Source of the DNA: Amoebophrya sp. A120
Taxonomy: Eukaryota > Protista > Dinoflagellata
Assembly: GCA_905178155.1 (NCBI GenBank)
Contig: CAJINV010000005.1
Coordinates: 4,071,556 to 4,135,555, forward strand
Reading direction: 5' to 3'
DNA length: 64,000 nucleotides
Part shown: positions 39,501-53,038 of the stretch, one piece after another
Numbering within the stretch: position 1 is the stretch's first letter
Layout of the letters: every line of letters starts with the position of its first letter
Position numbers and translations under genes: made by a program
Notes under the pieces: generated by a model
Database searches by the model: none
The model's input: the letters and a program-made list of their open reading frames with translations, nothing else
Told to the model about the DNA's origin: nothing

Positions 39501-42500
39501 CGGAATTCGTGAAGCGCCAGAAAAAACAGCAGCGCGAAGGTCGGCACTGCGCCAAACTTCAACAGAAAATGCGCGAAATAGTGCAGGTTGCGCATCGTGC
39601 TCTTCAGGTCGTCGTCGCTCCCCCCGCCGAATAGATCTTCGTCGTCCGCACGTGGGCCAGCAGCTGATGTGGGCCCCTCGTCTTGCATGATCCCTGCTTT
39701 GTCGGTGTTGCTGTCAACTACACTAACCTCCTCGAATACAGAATACAGGTACTGCTTTTCGAGTCGCGAACTGACCTGCGTGCTGTAGTAGAGGAATACG
39801 CTGCCGACGGATAAGGCCGCGACCATGAGCGCAAAGTAGTAAAATCGCAGCATCTGCGTTTCCAGTTCGGATCCCCGCGGGCCGACAGCTCGGCTTTTCA
39901 TCTCGGTCACGTTGCTAAACAATGCGAACAGGAAGCAGTACTTGTCTACTCCGAACTTCGCCACGAACACCAAAAAGGCCAAGAAAAAAGTGAGCCCATA
40001 TCGACTACTACCCCCAGCAGCTTGTTCTAGGGCACCGGATCCGGAGTGTAGAATTGTTCCCGTCCCACCAGAGGACGTCCCGAAGTCGCCGCTGGTGGCG
40101 CTCGTCGTACCAATAAAGCCTGTATTCGTGGCGCCAGAACCGGACGAGCTTGTTCCGCCGGCCGAGCCGGAAGACGGGCCGAAAAAGGGCACGTGGTCGA
40201 GAAGCCATCCGGTGACACCCGTTGCGTGCGCCTCGTGCCGGTTGTCGCGCGCTTCCGCGAGGACGAATACTTCCAGGGGATTGTCGAGCGCCAGTCGCTC
40301 CATCACCCCAAACAGCAGCGCCAGTGTGCAGACAATCGACGCATTGGAAACGAAACGCAGCGTCTCAATCGATTCGCTGGGTTCTTCAATTCACACTCAA
40401 AATCTTCAATTACAATTTTTGCTATTCCGATATCAATGAGGATATGATACGTCCTCCTACTCTTTGGCTTTTTGCCGCAAGCTGCTTTGCGCAAGAAACA
40501 ACCCAGGCACCAGCAAACGGCTACAGGGAGCTTTCACATTTACATGATGAAAAATTCATCGCCCTGGGTAGAATCTGTGTGGTCAAGACCGTGCGGGTGC
40601 ATATCATATGTGAGACTTTCTGCTGGCTAAAACATCGTGCATGTACGCATGGGAAATCCAAAGAAGAAGAACTACTTATTGCTTACTAGAAAGTACGAGT
40701 AGGTCGTCGTCGTCCTTGAGTTGACGGCGAACGGTAAAACTTAATGACCAAGAGGACAAATTGAAATTTCCAGGCGGACGGACGCGCTTGTTTCGTTCTG
40801 ATACACGCAAACGCGTACCAGTAGCCAAAATCAAATGTGTTTCCTGTACAAAAACGTACCCGAACCATAGTCAAGATGTTGAGATGAATTCCGCTAATAT
40901 ACAAATGCTCTTTCTCATGCTGATGCACATGGCGCTACACTTAGCCGTGAGAGCCCTCCTCATCATCATCATCATCATCGAGCGGGCACCCATGCCCAGT
41001 GCCACAGGCTAAGGATCCCCTAGTCCTACCCCGCCGGGGGTGGCACAGCCAGCACTTTTTTAGGAACCTCGTGCCAAGTCGGACGCTACCTTGATCTACA
41101 ACGAGGAAGATTTGGTAGCGGACCGGGTACAACATTTGTACTTGGGATAAGGTGAAGGGTTTGGTCATTTCGAACTTGTCTGCAAGCGTGACGGCGAACA
41201 AGGCGTTCAACTTTTGGTACAGAATTTGAGGCGCCTGCACGGACTGCAGCACCGTTGAAACCATCAAGGTGGAGATCAGGTACTTCAGCGCGAACATCCG
41301 CCAGCGCTCAGCCTGCTTATGAAAGTCGTTGAACAGACCCTGGACTTGCTCGAGCAGGTGGTCCGCGAAGGTGGTCAGCAGCGCCTCCACCGAATCCACG
41401 CCAACGACAGGAATCAAGTATGCCACAGCCGCTCAGGTGGTGCGCCTTCGAAATGGGGCAGGCTGCTCGGGGAGCAGACAATAAACACAATGACCACGGC
41501 TGAAAGAGTAGGGGGTCGACAAATACAAAAAAAAACTTGAAGCGCTGCATCATATTAAGATGCGCTTTACAGCAACAAGGTGACGACCGGTCCTGCCTCC
41601 TCTTCTTAGTCTTACGTTCATCTGCCCTTGGTAGCATATCGCTTTATCAGTGTATCTGTCTGCTCAAAAGGAAAAGGCATGAAAAAACATAGTTGCTTTA
41701 TAGTATTTGTTTCTCCGGTCAAAATTTCATCATGGTGCTCCGACGTGCATACCAAGCATTTGAAGAGCGCCCACCTACGACTGGCATACCAAGATCAAGT
41801 TCATGAACAGAAAGCAGTAGTTCTGAATTTTGAAATTTTTGTTGTGAAGGCCTTTAGAAAGTGAATGAAAAAAGAACTACCATAAAGCGAGAGCACTCTT
41901 CTCCGCCTCTTCATACTTCGGCTGCATCTTCGCGCCTCACAATCCATGTGTTTGTTATCTTTGCAGCCATGTCGGTCTCTGCCTGCTTATGTAAGTACAT
42001 AGCAACTTGCTTCTCGCAAAAATCTGACTCAACATATACAAAATAAAGTGCGCGGATAGAATAAGAGCAGATAGACTCACACAGTCCACTGGAGGACGTT
42101 GCCAATCATCACAAACAGCAGTGTAAGTACCAGGATCAGAGATGATTCAAACTCCCGCTGCTTGCGCCAAAACCGCTGGTAGTGAACTATATGGTACACA
42201 ACGGTGGGAATCACGGCGCCGTTGATGAAAATGACGATCAGGGTGGGCAGATACTGCGCAGACAACGCACTGAGGTAGTAAAGAAAGCCCTGCTCCTGTT
42301 GCTGCTGGCCCACCAACATCTGCTCGTTGTTGTAGTTCATCCCGAACATGCTCGGGCTAATATTACTGGCCTCTAGTGCAGAACCCCCCAGCGGAGTTGC
42401 GGTTGTTCTGTCGCGCACTTCTGACGCTTCTGCGCCCCGAACTTCTACCATGTTGCCAGGAACAACAGCGACGCCGAGAAGCCCACGCGAAAGCGCTGTA

Positions 42501-45500
42501 CTACTACCGTCTCCTGTAGTTGCCAAAGATGACAGAGTCCCCGTTATCTGCGATGCGACGGCTTCCGCCGCCTGCTTGTCGCTCGGAAAAAGAAACCAGG
42601 ACGGGCTATCGTCTTGGAGGTCCGGGGCATCGTAGTCCTTCGATGCGGTCGAGGAAGGAAAAAGACTCCAAGAGGACCTCGTCTCGCTCCCCTGGCTGTC
42701 TGTGCGATCATCCGCAAGGTTCTCCGTCCTTCCGTTTACCGCGAAGAGAAATGGCAGAATTTGGGCCGCAATGCTCACTGGGGTGACCACGAGTGTAAAG
42801 AAAACGAACCCCACCAAAGCGTACACACCGCCTATGATTCGGGACTCCCTATCCGATGTGTCAAGGTTTGACCAATCCACGTCCACCACGTCGGGGGCAG
42901 GTTCCATCCGCAGTTCGTTTTTGATTTCGCGCTCCAGTCGGAGTAGCCGTGCGTGCTGGCGCCGAACCTCTTCTTCGCGGGGTTTCAACATCTTTTTCCG
43001 CACAAGGATCTTTTCTCGTTCTTTCCGGGTGAGGCTGACGTGTTGCAGGTAAGAACTGTGGTCGCGCGCGCGGAAAAACATGCAAGGTCCGGAAGTGAGA
43101 CAGAACGACACCCGGCTGAATATGGCATTCTCAATTGTTACATTCTCAACTGTTACACGGATTTGTCATGCAAAATTGCTATCAGCCTCCACTTGATCAA
43201 GGTGGTTAGCATGGCAAATTTTCGAAGGGCTAAGCAGCATGATGATCTGTGGCAAATCTGTGACGCGAAAGCTGCAATATTGCCACTTTCACTAATTGCT
43301 GTTCTTGCATTACAAATCCATGCAACAGCTGAGAATGTAACGTTTGAGAACGCCATACTGAAGATTTCAGTGAACCAAGAAAAGAAGCGAGCGAAACGCT
43401 CCAAGCAGTCCTGGACTTGCTCCCAGCAACTCATTTCGTCCTCTTCTTCCCCGCTGGTTGCGACACCTCCTGGAAGTTGGACAGCGCTGTGGTCCACTCC
43501 GAGGTCGCCCGCCTGCAGCAGAGGGACTACTCCCTGATGATCTCCTAGGATCAGGGGAGTAGATTTTATGTTGTCCTTGTCGCCGTCATCCAACATCGCA
43601 TTGCCGTCGAGGCGCCGGCTCGAGTGGTCCACCCTGCTTGGATCCGTCGCAGCCCCTGTCATCTCTCCTGCGACGCGAGGACCCCCGGCCGCGAGGGCGC
43701 GACCTGCCGGTGAGTGCGCCGCCCGACCAGCTGGCTCAGCTGCCCGCTCCCCGCGCGCGGATGTCAGTGGAGAGGGATGGTAGTGTGCGCCACGCGCAGA
43801 CATGATGATCTGTGGCGCCGGGCTCTGTCTACCCGAACTGCGCGCGCTCGCGGACAAACGGTCGATGGCGGTACTGTCTCGGTACTCTGTTTCTCCTTCC
43901 CCGGCTCTGTTGTTCGCGGCCGACAAGGCGGCGAACTCTCTGCGGATACGGGCAAAGTAGTCCTCCGTGAAATACTCATCGCGCGGCGGGTCGCAGAGCA
44001 GGTTCTCCTCGCACGCCGCGGCCTGCCACCCGCGGCACATCTCCTGCACTTGTTTCCAATCCGAGTATTTCTTGCGTTTCAAGATGTTCCAACGCTGCAA
44101 GGCCTGTTCCTTGGCCTTGAGACTGTTGAACGTGACAAATGCCCGACCCGTTCCGTAAAACGGCTTCCTCTTCACCAGTTCCTTCAGACTGCGCCTCGCA
44201 GCCTTCGTCTGCCGCCAGTAGTAGCAGTTGCACAGAGCGTAGTACACTAAATTCAGCGGCAACAGGTAGTCGGAGAGCCAGGGTTCGGGCGCGGCGTGGG
44301 TCTTCACCTCTTGCAATAAACCGACCCGGTCATCGTCGCGGGGATCCGGCCCTACTATCTCGGGTGCAAAACCGGCTTCGCGCTCCTCTGCCAGTACTTC
44401 AGTGTCACGTCGTGATTGCGCCCCCTCTTGTTGTTCCGAAGCAGCGATGAGGACCAAATCATTGCCGCTGTCCGTTCTCATCTGGGCAAACGGCTCCCTG
44501 AAGATGTTTGACTTTTGTTCTGTAGTTGCAGAAACGGGCAGAAAAGGTTTGACGGGACTTTCCACACCTGCCAATGCCGTCTTCGTGGTCGGGTAAGGTG
44601 AACTACTCGCTTCGTGTGACGAGGCGCTCCTCTCCGCAGCGAGCGCAGGGCTCTGCAGCTGCTGGCCACCGCTTTTGCTTGCCGGGCTGGAGCTGGCAGC
44701 AGTATGCGGCTTCATCTCGCCCGGACTTTTCAAGGCGAAGTCTTGCTCCGAAGCACGCGGGTCCACGTCGGAGCCAGCCACGCCACCCTCCCCTGACGCT
44801 CCTCCGTTGATAGAATGCTCCACATAAGTCGCTTCTGCTGCTACGGACGGTAGATGCGACTCTTTGCTGCCTTGCTTTGAAACTGTGCTCTTTTTACTCG
44901 ATGAAGACGCAGCTCCTCCGCCTCCCGCGTTCTTATTGGACCCCTTGAAAACAAGCGACTTGCCACCCGCCATTAGTCTACCAAACATGCTGGATTTCTT
45001 TTTCTCTGTGCTGCCCTTATTTGTCCTGGCGCTCAGAGGATGAAGATGTTGACTACTGCTTTTATTTGCCTGCTCACCTCCTGCGACGGCTGAGCCATCG
45101 TTCGACGAAGCTGCTATTTCTGCACCGCTGGTCGTCCCGCGTGTCGTCAAACCCGGGGACAGGCGGTCTGTTGCGTGGCCCACGACGTCAACCTCTTCCA
45201 CAAGTGGCGGCGTGTTGGCTTCCGTCTGCCGAGCGGGAGTTTGATCCCCTGCGTGGCGCGCCAAGTTGTTCTGGTGGGTCGTTTGTTTGTTCCCGCGTCT
45301 CTTGTTGCGTAGAAGTTGTTCATCTTCTGGAGCACAGGAGTCCGCTAGCAGCTCTTCCTGCGAATCGTCTGCGGTGTCCACATTAATCCGAACGTCCAAG
45401 AACTCGTCACTCTGCGCCCGTTCTTCCGAGGTACCGAGTGGCTGATAGCCCCCCTCGCGCGTAGAAGTAGGCCGCCCCCCGCCACCAAACATCGAGTACT

Positions 45501-48500
45501 GAGCAGACCGTGTTGCTTTATTCCGGTCCGTCTCGTCATCAGACGAGAACTCGTCATCGGGGTCTTCCGCAGCACCGCACGCTAATATGCCTTACAAGAA
45601 AAATGGGTCTCCGTCTCATAGGATGCAAACTTGTGATGCGGATTGATTCTGGAGGAACCCGAACGGCCAGAAATCAGTGTGACGTAGCCAGCAAAAAATG
45701 CTGTGCGAGTATTTTTGAGCGCAGGAGAGGGCATCTCTCATGCGCAGGACCAGGCATGGAGAAGCTGGAGCGTCCTCCGAAACCGAATTTGTGTTTGTCC
45801 TCCTCTGTGCGCATTTTTAGAGACCTTCTTGTAGATCGATGCAGATGTTGCAAAATAAACTGCATTTACATAGTACCTGCTTTCTTCCAGCAGGAGACCC
45901 AAACATATTTGCAGTTGATACATGGGCAGCACCAGGCGCAACAATGTCCGAAACCCTCCACCAAGCGTTTGATGGTGGAGCTCTTCTTCTTGGCAGACTG
46001 GTACCAGGAGGCATACACGTTTATCGCAAGAAAAAAGTGTTACAGTTACACACTGTGTTGCAAGACCGGCAACACAGATAACCTCTCTCATGCGGGAAAT
46101 GCTTGGGATCCTTCTTCCTGTTTTCCCTTGTGACCTTCGCATTACAAGTTTTCCCTGCCACACAGAGAAAATTTGTGATGCAGAAACTCCAACAAATGTG
46201 TAACGGTAACACTTTTATTTTTCTCGTGATAACGTTCCGGCGATCCTTGCTATCTTCGTAGTGCCGAAGGGCGTCGTGGGCGTCCGCGAGCGCGGGCACG
46301 ATCTGCACGGAGAGGATGTTATGGGAGCGTCAGGATCGAAGTCGACAAAATCGAAAAATTTGTAATGCACAAAATCGATGTCACTGTCAGTTAGAGATAG
46401 AGCCTCAGTTTCCAAGTGGCGCATGACAAATTTCGGGAGCACCCAAATCCAGTCTGTCATGCTGTTTGGGGAAAGAAGACTGCTCCTGTCATGCTACTAT
46501 GGCAGCGCATTGCCTTTCCCTAAACAGGCTTACAATCGGCCTTATTTGCCTGCTCCCCAATACAGGCCTCCAGTGCCCTACATTTTACGCATCACAAGTT
46601 TTTCGATTTTGTCGATTTCGATCCTGACACATCCATAGATGTTGCGGTAGCCGTAGTCCTGCCGCAGGATGCGACAGAAATCGGAGGCGGACAGCTTTTG
46701 CGCCTCCTGATCCTTTGGCAGGCCCGTGCACAGGAGCGTGTACATCTGCGCGAACTGGGTGATATCCTGCGTAACCCGTCGTCGCTTGTCGTGGTCTATC
46801 AAATGCAAAAATGTCTGGGTCTGGAAGAATGCAAGTTTGTCATGCTTGTCTGGCATGACTCGAGAATCTGTGTTGCACAGGCACGAAAAGGCCCTCTTAC
46901 CTGTCATGCAAAAACGCAGTTTGCCATGCGGAATACGTAAGACATGGCAGCCAAAAAATTTGTCATGCGTAGCTGCGTATTGCAGTGCGTCTATCATTCA
47001 CTTTTAGCATTACAAGTTTCCAGACCCAGACATATTTGCAATCCATATGGTCCTGCTTTATGCGGCGCCCAAAATAGAGAAATAGGAAGAACAGCAACGC
47101 GGACTCGAAAAAAAACAGGCAAAACCCGAACCCAAGCTGCTCCGTGGTGTTTATTCCGCCCACCTGCTGGGTCGTGGTGGCGCCAAGAAGGCGACTCGTC
47201 TGAAGTGATGTTCCGAGGACGACGTCCTGTGCGCTCGACGTGGAGGTCGTGCTGGTCAGTAAAGTTCTGCTGGGCTGCAGCCCGTGCGCAAGAAGGGCGG
47301 CAGTACTCGTATGCTGCAACTGGTCCTCACCGGCCAGGGACATATTCGAGACGACGCCGCGGGCCGCCGCCGCGTCCCGAGGCAGTTCTTGCACCGCTGC
47401 GCCAGCAGGTCCAGTTAGGTCGTAGGTGCTGGTGGCGCTTCCCGAGGTGCCGGTCGTGGCCCCGTCGGAGGAGGACGATCCCGCGAAGGCGCGGGCGGCA
47501 ATTTGCGTCAGCCACAGGGTGAGCTCCCACACATACACACACAACTGCTGCAAAACCACCAGGAAGTACTTCTGCAAGAAGTAGACGAACTGCACAAGCA
47601 GATGGTTGGCGAGCGGATGACCGTGCAAAAAGGACAGCACCCAGTCCAAAACGAACGCGCACCCGAAGGCCTGCGCGAGCCGCCACAAAAAACTCAAGTA
47701 CCCGAGCGGAATGAGGGCGACGGGATGGGAGCGGTCGATAGTGAAGAAAATCTGGAACAGAATCCACTGGTAGGGGCTCTTGAAGTGCTTGTTCAACAGC
47801 TCAAACCGGTTTCTTCGGTGGAAGAACACGGCGGAGAAGTTATTTTGTTCGCCCCCTCCCGTTATCGCGGCCTCCGCCACCTCACCGCCTCGCTCAATCT
47901 TTTCTCCTCGGATCCAGTCCCAGATCTCCTGTTCTGTCGCATCAATTATCCACTTTTTTGATGTTTCTTCTGTGGCCGGTTGATGTTCTCCTATCAAATG
48001 TAAAAATGTCTGGGTCTGGAAGATTGCAACTTGTCGTGCTAAATCTGCAGCATGCAAAAATCTGTGTTGCATGATTACCAAAAGTCGCTCAATTTTGACC
48101 AAGTCGGGAGGTAGTTTCTCATGCAGGATAGGCATTAGAAAGTTCTCGCAGAATCTGTCATGCTGGCTCCGGCATTCCAGACCTCATGGGTCATGAAAAA
48201 AGCAGCATGACAAATCGCGCATTCTTCCAGACCCAGACATTTTTACACTTGATATCTCCGCTCTGGGGCTTATTCACCAGTGTCTGCCGTTCGGCCGGCT
48301 CCTGCGTCAGCGCGGCGTCCGCAGAGTCAAGAATACCTTCCCCAGGAAGCCGTGGCGTGTTCGATTCGCTTGACGGCTTGGAGGATGCGGTCTGGTGCGT
48401 CCCTAAGACACCACCTCCTGGCGAAGTTCCAGCTCCCAGTACAGCGGCCGGGGCGCTCCCGCTGAGTCGCTCCTGTTGCAGGAGCGCACTCGTCGTGGTG

Positions 48501-51352
48501 CTGCCATTCAGAAGTATTGCCGGGCTCGCAGAGATGACGTGACGAGCAGGCGGACTGTGCAACGATGCGCTCGCGGTGTCCTGTTGGTGCTGGTAGTGCA
48601 TCACCTCTTCCAGCTGCGCATCGATATCAAATGCAAAAATGTCTGGGTCTGGAAGGGTTGGAACTTGTCAAGCTAAATCTGCAGCATGCAAAAATCTGTG
48701 TTGCATGATTACCAAAAGTCGTCCAGTTTTGACCAAGTCGGGAGGGAGTTTCTCATGCAGGATAGGCATGAGAGAGATCGCATAGAATCTGTCATGCTAG
48801 GTCCTGCATTCCAGACCTCATGGGTCATGGAAAAGCAGCATGACAAATCGCGCACTCTTCCAGACCCAGACATTTTTGCATTTGATAATCGACCTGCGAA
48901 AACGATCCCTGGCGTGGTCTCGATGACCCGGCCGGTGAGGGGCTGGTCCTACTTGCAATCGCGCCCTTTGCGTGGCCGGACGGGGACGAAGTATTTGGCG
49001 GCTGCTGGGGTCCTCGTGGATGGCTCGTCGTACGGCCCGCTTGGGAGGAAGCAGGAGGCGAACAAGTGCCGCTCTGCGGTACGCCGCTCCCTCCTTTCTC
49101 GGCTTGTCTCGACGAGGACCCCTCTGGCGCTGCCCGGGGAGGCGTCACTCGATGCGCGCCCTCCGCGTAGTAGTACTGCCGAGGGCTTCTGGCGAACGCG
49201 TCGCTATTTGTGTTTTCGTCCGGAGGTTTTGCGAGGACGGGCGCAACTGCGAGATGACGAGTAGACTCAGGCACGAACAAATCATCCGCATTTTTTTCAC
49301 GACTCCTTCCTCCTTCAGTAGCCCTTGCCGATACCGTGTCGGGTGAGCGAGGGGGCGACATAGAAGGAGACGTCGGCGCCACGGCGCCCGTGGCTGCGTG
49401 GCCCTGAAGATGTTGTGCTGGTACTAGTACCTGGGTCATTTCCACGACCGGGGCAACCCCCGACGAGCTGGCAACTACAGCATCTGCATCGCCCTCGTGG
49501 CGAGCGGGGCCTCGGCCTCGCAGCTGCTGCTCCTGGTTCATCGCGCGGCTGCTCAGAAGTAGTGGCTGTCGACTTGTTCCCGGAACTGAGTCGGTTCCCT
49601 CCCCAGGGGACCCACTTCGTCGCGCGCTGTGCATTTCTTGCAGAGGTATACCTCCTCGCGGCTGCTCAGACGATACCGGTGCCGTCTGCTGCAAGTCCGG
49701 GCTGCGGAGATGATCGCTTGGGCGCGCGGTGATCGCAAAGCTCCGGCTATCAAAAAACGCCTTGAACGGGTTCATGAACTTCTCCGCCGTGGTATCAAAA
49801 CGACAATAAATCCCCCTTCCCCATACACAAAACCAAGTTTCTGTTGCTGGATTTGGATCGATTTCCGCGCACAAATAATTTAGGTCTGTACTGCCGTAAG
49901 GAATTGCAACCAGATAGTCAGCCTGGTGTTTCGGAGCATGTTAAAGGTCTAGCAGTGTGACATGACAACCGCCCGCGCAGCATCGTAAGCTAGCCCGACA
50001 GCATGGCAAAGCGCCTCCACGGTGCGGGGCGCACCTCTCCGCTTCCCATTATTTTGCAGGACAAAGCTGATTTCTTGTGACCACAAATCTGCGGAACAAG
50101 CTGAAGTTTTCCGTAATATGCGCATGGGAGGGACGAGAGATGCTTCCTCACGATACGTGGTTTCCGAAAACGAGAAGGACCCAAACGAGCCGGCGTGAAG
50201 CTGCCCGCCGGCGTCCTGCTCGTCCTGAGGAACCGCGGCGTCACCACTGTTGGTTGCCGCAGAAATAGACGCTCCAGGATTTGCCGGGCCGATCTCCCGA
50301 CCCTCCGCCTTTGCTCGGGCGGCGTCTTGTCTCTGGTCCAGCACCATAAAAAAGTGGTTTTCCCACATTTCAATCATGGTCAAGATCAGCCGACGGCGCT
50401 CGCACTCCTGCGGTTTGGAGGGATTCAAATTGAAGATCTGTTCGTATAACCGCAAGATCATAAATCCAAGCGGGGTTGGCGTCCCTTCAAAAAATTCTTC
50501 TTCTGTTGCACTGCTTTTTTTTGCTCCTACTCCTTCTTGCGTTGCATTTTCCTTCTCATCCTTCTTTTCGGGTTGGGACGTGGAAAAATAGCCGCAGCAC
50601 CAACCCTGATTTACGTCGCGGGTCGATAAGCCGTCGTTCGCATTTGTCGTGTTCGCGGTTGCACTTGTTGCAGAAGTGCTGTCTTGTTTCAGATGCTCCG
50701 CACCGACAACGTCGTCGTGCTCAGCGGATGGATTTTCTCCACCGCCAGCTCCGTGAGGACCCGTTGCCGCAGCGCCCGTGGCATCGCCCGTGATGGCGAC
50801 TGCCGCCGAAGACGTGAAAACAGTGGCATGCTGACTCTGCCGGTAGAATTCATCTTTTGCGTAGAATTCATCCGAGGATGCATTGTAGAGTTTGTAGAGA
50901 TTGTTCTTCCTCCGCTTCCACAGGTTACACACGTAGGTTACGATCACAATAATAGCACACACTATCAACTGTAAACGTGTCTGGGTCTGGAAGAATCCAA
51001 CTTGTCATTCTGATTTTGGATTCTAAAAAAATCTGTATTGCATGAGCAGCAGAGGGAATGCAATCTTTGCTACGCGGAGAGGGATTTTGTCATGCGCAAT
51101 AGGCATCGCGAAGCCCTCAAAAACTCTGTGATGCTAGGGCATGCATCACAGATATCATGGCCAATGCAAAACATGCGTGACAAGTCTCAGAATCTTCCAG
51201 ACCCAGACATTTTTACAGTTGATACACACCACGGCGTTGCAAGTAAAAAAGAACAACAAGAACTCGTTGTTGTCATTCAAGTCGAGCATTCCGAGCATGT
51301 TCCTGCCGTCTCCTCGTGCCCGATGGTCCGGCGGCGGTGAGACGTCGCCCAT
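36507..51352 (-). CDS. Second OSCA/TMEM63 (CSC1)-like channel, very long with low-complexity insertions
   Basis: Starts MGDVSPP...FFFTCNAVVC|AIIVIV. Motifs YTLLCTGLP, GTGRAFVTFNS, EPAPDVVDVDWSNL, QYLPTLIVIFIN, FDFGYWYAF and KFGVDKYCF. Nine introner-derived introns restore frame. The 3' exon joins near 37.3-37.8 kb and 40.3-41.0 kb are not fully resolved. Confidence 0.8.
36601..36855. mobile_element. Introner family 1
   Basis: TATCAACTGTAAAAATGTCTGG ... TTACATTTGATA; TSD GTTCG; opposite orientation to its close relative 27405-27655. Confidence 0.95.
43121..43357. mobile_element. Introner, family-6-related
   Basis: TATGGCATTCTCAATTGTTACATTCTCAACTGTT ... AACAGCTGAGAATGTAACGTTTGAGAACGCCATA; TSD CTGAA; TEIFS|RVSFCL. 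Confidence 0.93.
45586..45920. mobile_element. Decayed family-1 introner, now a GT-AG intron (45582-45921)
   Basis: Right end AGACCCAAACATATTTGCAGTTGATA, eroded left end TATGCCTTACAAGAAAAATGGGTCT. TSD lost; the in-frame GT-AG intron is element+5 (CCP|SCGAAED). Confidence 0.8.
46022..46231. mobile_element. Introner family 3
   Basis: TATCGCAAGAAAAAAGTGTTACAGTTACAC ... GTGTAACGGTAACACTTTTATTTTTCTCGTGATA; TSD ACGTT; DRRNV|YASWY. Confidence 0.93.
46320..46637. mobile_element. Introner family 2
   Basis: TATGGGAGCGTCAGGATCGAAGTCGAC ... GTCGATTTCGATCCTGACACATCCATA; TSD GATGT; YRNI|LSVQIV. Confidence 0.95.
46797..47047. mobile_element. Introner family 1
   Basis: TATCAAATGCAAAAATGTCTGG ... TTTGCAATCCATA; TSD TGGTC; IKQDH|DKRRR. 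Confidence 0.95.
47992..48254. mobile_element. Introner family 1
   Basis: TATCAAATGTAAAAATG ... TTACACTTGATA; TSD TCTCC; QSG|EHQP. Confidence 0.95.
48625..48887. mobile_element. Introner family 1
   Basis: TATCAAATGCAAAAATG ... TTTGCATTTGATA; TSD ATCGA; SQVD|AQLEE. Confidence 0.95.
50963..51224. mobile_element. Introner family 1
   Basis: TATCAACTGTAAACGTG ... TTACAGTTGATA; TSD CACAC. Confidence 0.95.
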
Positions 51353-52697
51353 TTCGATGTCGATGCTTTGCTCTTACGGTCGTGCGAGGATAAAAATCAG
51401 CTTTATGGTGCGCCGCAGGCCTTGTCCTGTCCGGTTGGACAGAACACAGGTGGAGCAATGCTCTTCACTCTTTTGCTTTGTGCTCCCACGAGACTGATGC
51501 ATGGATACGCCGAGTTTTGCCGCCCTACTGTTCCTTCATCTTCTTTAGCATGACAGCGCTGGCTTTTCGTGTGGGCGGATCCATACCAAAACTACGCGGG
51601 GGATGCGATTCTGTAAGGTCGCGCCGTCGCGACCCATTTTTTGTAGATCGCCGGTAAGCTTCTTCTGCGTTTCTCATGACATGAGGAAAATTTCCGGCGC
51701 ATATTTTTTTCGTCTCTATTAAGTTCAACAAAAGACAAAGAGGCGCCGATAAAGCACGGGCAGCATGCATTTGATATTTATTTCGCGTCGTGGTCATAAA
51801 CACGTGCATGCATGTAGTTCATCATATGATGGTAACAGAAAAATGACGAGAGCAGGGAGAATCCAGGCCATCCGGGCAGGGTGGATCTCACACTGCTGCG
51901 CTCACTAGCCTCTCCGTGTTGCCTGCAGCTCTACCTTTGCAGATCAAACATACGAAGACACACGCCACGTCTTTGCTTCGCAACGGCAGGAGTCGACTCA
52001 ACCAGTATACTCTGAGTCTGACCTTGTTTAACAAAACAGTAAAAGAAGGAGAAGATGCACGAGACAACCAAATGCACATCATTTTGAAGTACCCAGGGGA
52101 CTGACAATGAAATCTCTATCTCGCCATGCATTTTCATGGAAAAAAAGAAACGCCCACGCGTTCACGATAGCGACATCCTGAGTCGCTGTCTCTCTCATCT
52201 CGTGAAGATAGATACTTGTGTTCTTTTTTTCGAAGCCTAGAGTTTCAGTAGATTATCGAGCAAGAACACTCGAATCTGAAAGAATATATCAATGATTGAC
52301 TATATTAATTTATACATCCGTAGCGTTCTTAAATTAAGAACGGCGTTTTCAACTATGTTCCAAACCCGAAGAGTGATGTTTCAGCGTTCCCTTTGCTTAT
52401 TTCTGCTGTCCGCTAAAAGTAAAACGAAACCATTCCTGGGGACAAATATGTATATGCCTGGCCATTTGGCGCGCTCACGTGGCGGGTAGTACTTTTTCAT
52501 TCTGATGTATTTAATTCATTCTTTTTGTCTACTCCGTAAAACAGAAACGAAGTCGGCACTTTCTGACCAGATCGAGCGCAACTCAACCTCAAAGCGGCGC
52601 AAGTCACCCACCAACAAAGACATGGGATGCGAAAAATGATTGATGGAACGCATTAAGGCCGTTGTCTACTTCCTCCTCGCGCAAACATCGCCAGCAA

Positions 52698-53038
52698 TAT
52701 CCTGTGCAAATGTGCCTAGGGGGTAGGATATTTGCTTCGAAGCTCGAAGCTTTCAGCACAAAAGGCGAAAGTTTGCCACGCAAAAAACGCGAGCTTGCGT
52801 GAAGGACCGAGCAGATTGAAACTTTTCAAAAAGGTCGGCAATTGTCGACCTTTTTCAAAAATTGCAATCTGCTCGGTCCTTCACGCAAAGTCACATTTTT
52901 CTTTTAGAGCTAAATCATTTCTGCTACGCCAGAAGCTGGTGTAGAAGCAGGTGAAGAAGTTGGTGTAGAAGCTGGTGCAGAAGCTGGCGAGTATATTCGT
53001 CAGCTTTTCCTACCCCCTAGGCACATTTGCACAGGATA
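52698..53038. mobile_element. MITE with TAT...ATA ends and 5-bp TSD, apparently intergenic (family 7)
   Basis: Perfect 31-bp TIR TATCCTGTGCAAATGTGCCTAGGGGGTAGGA; TSD AGCAA; internal palindrome 52795-52888; short tandem AGAAGCTGGTGT repeats at about 52931-52990. Confidence 0.92.
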
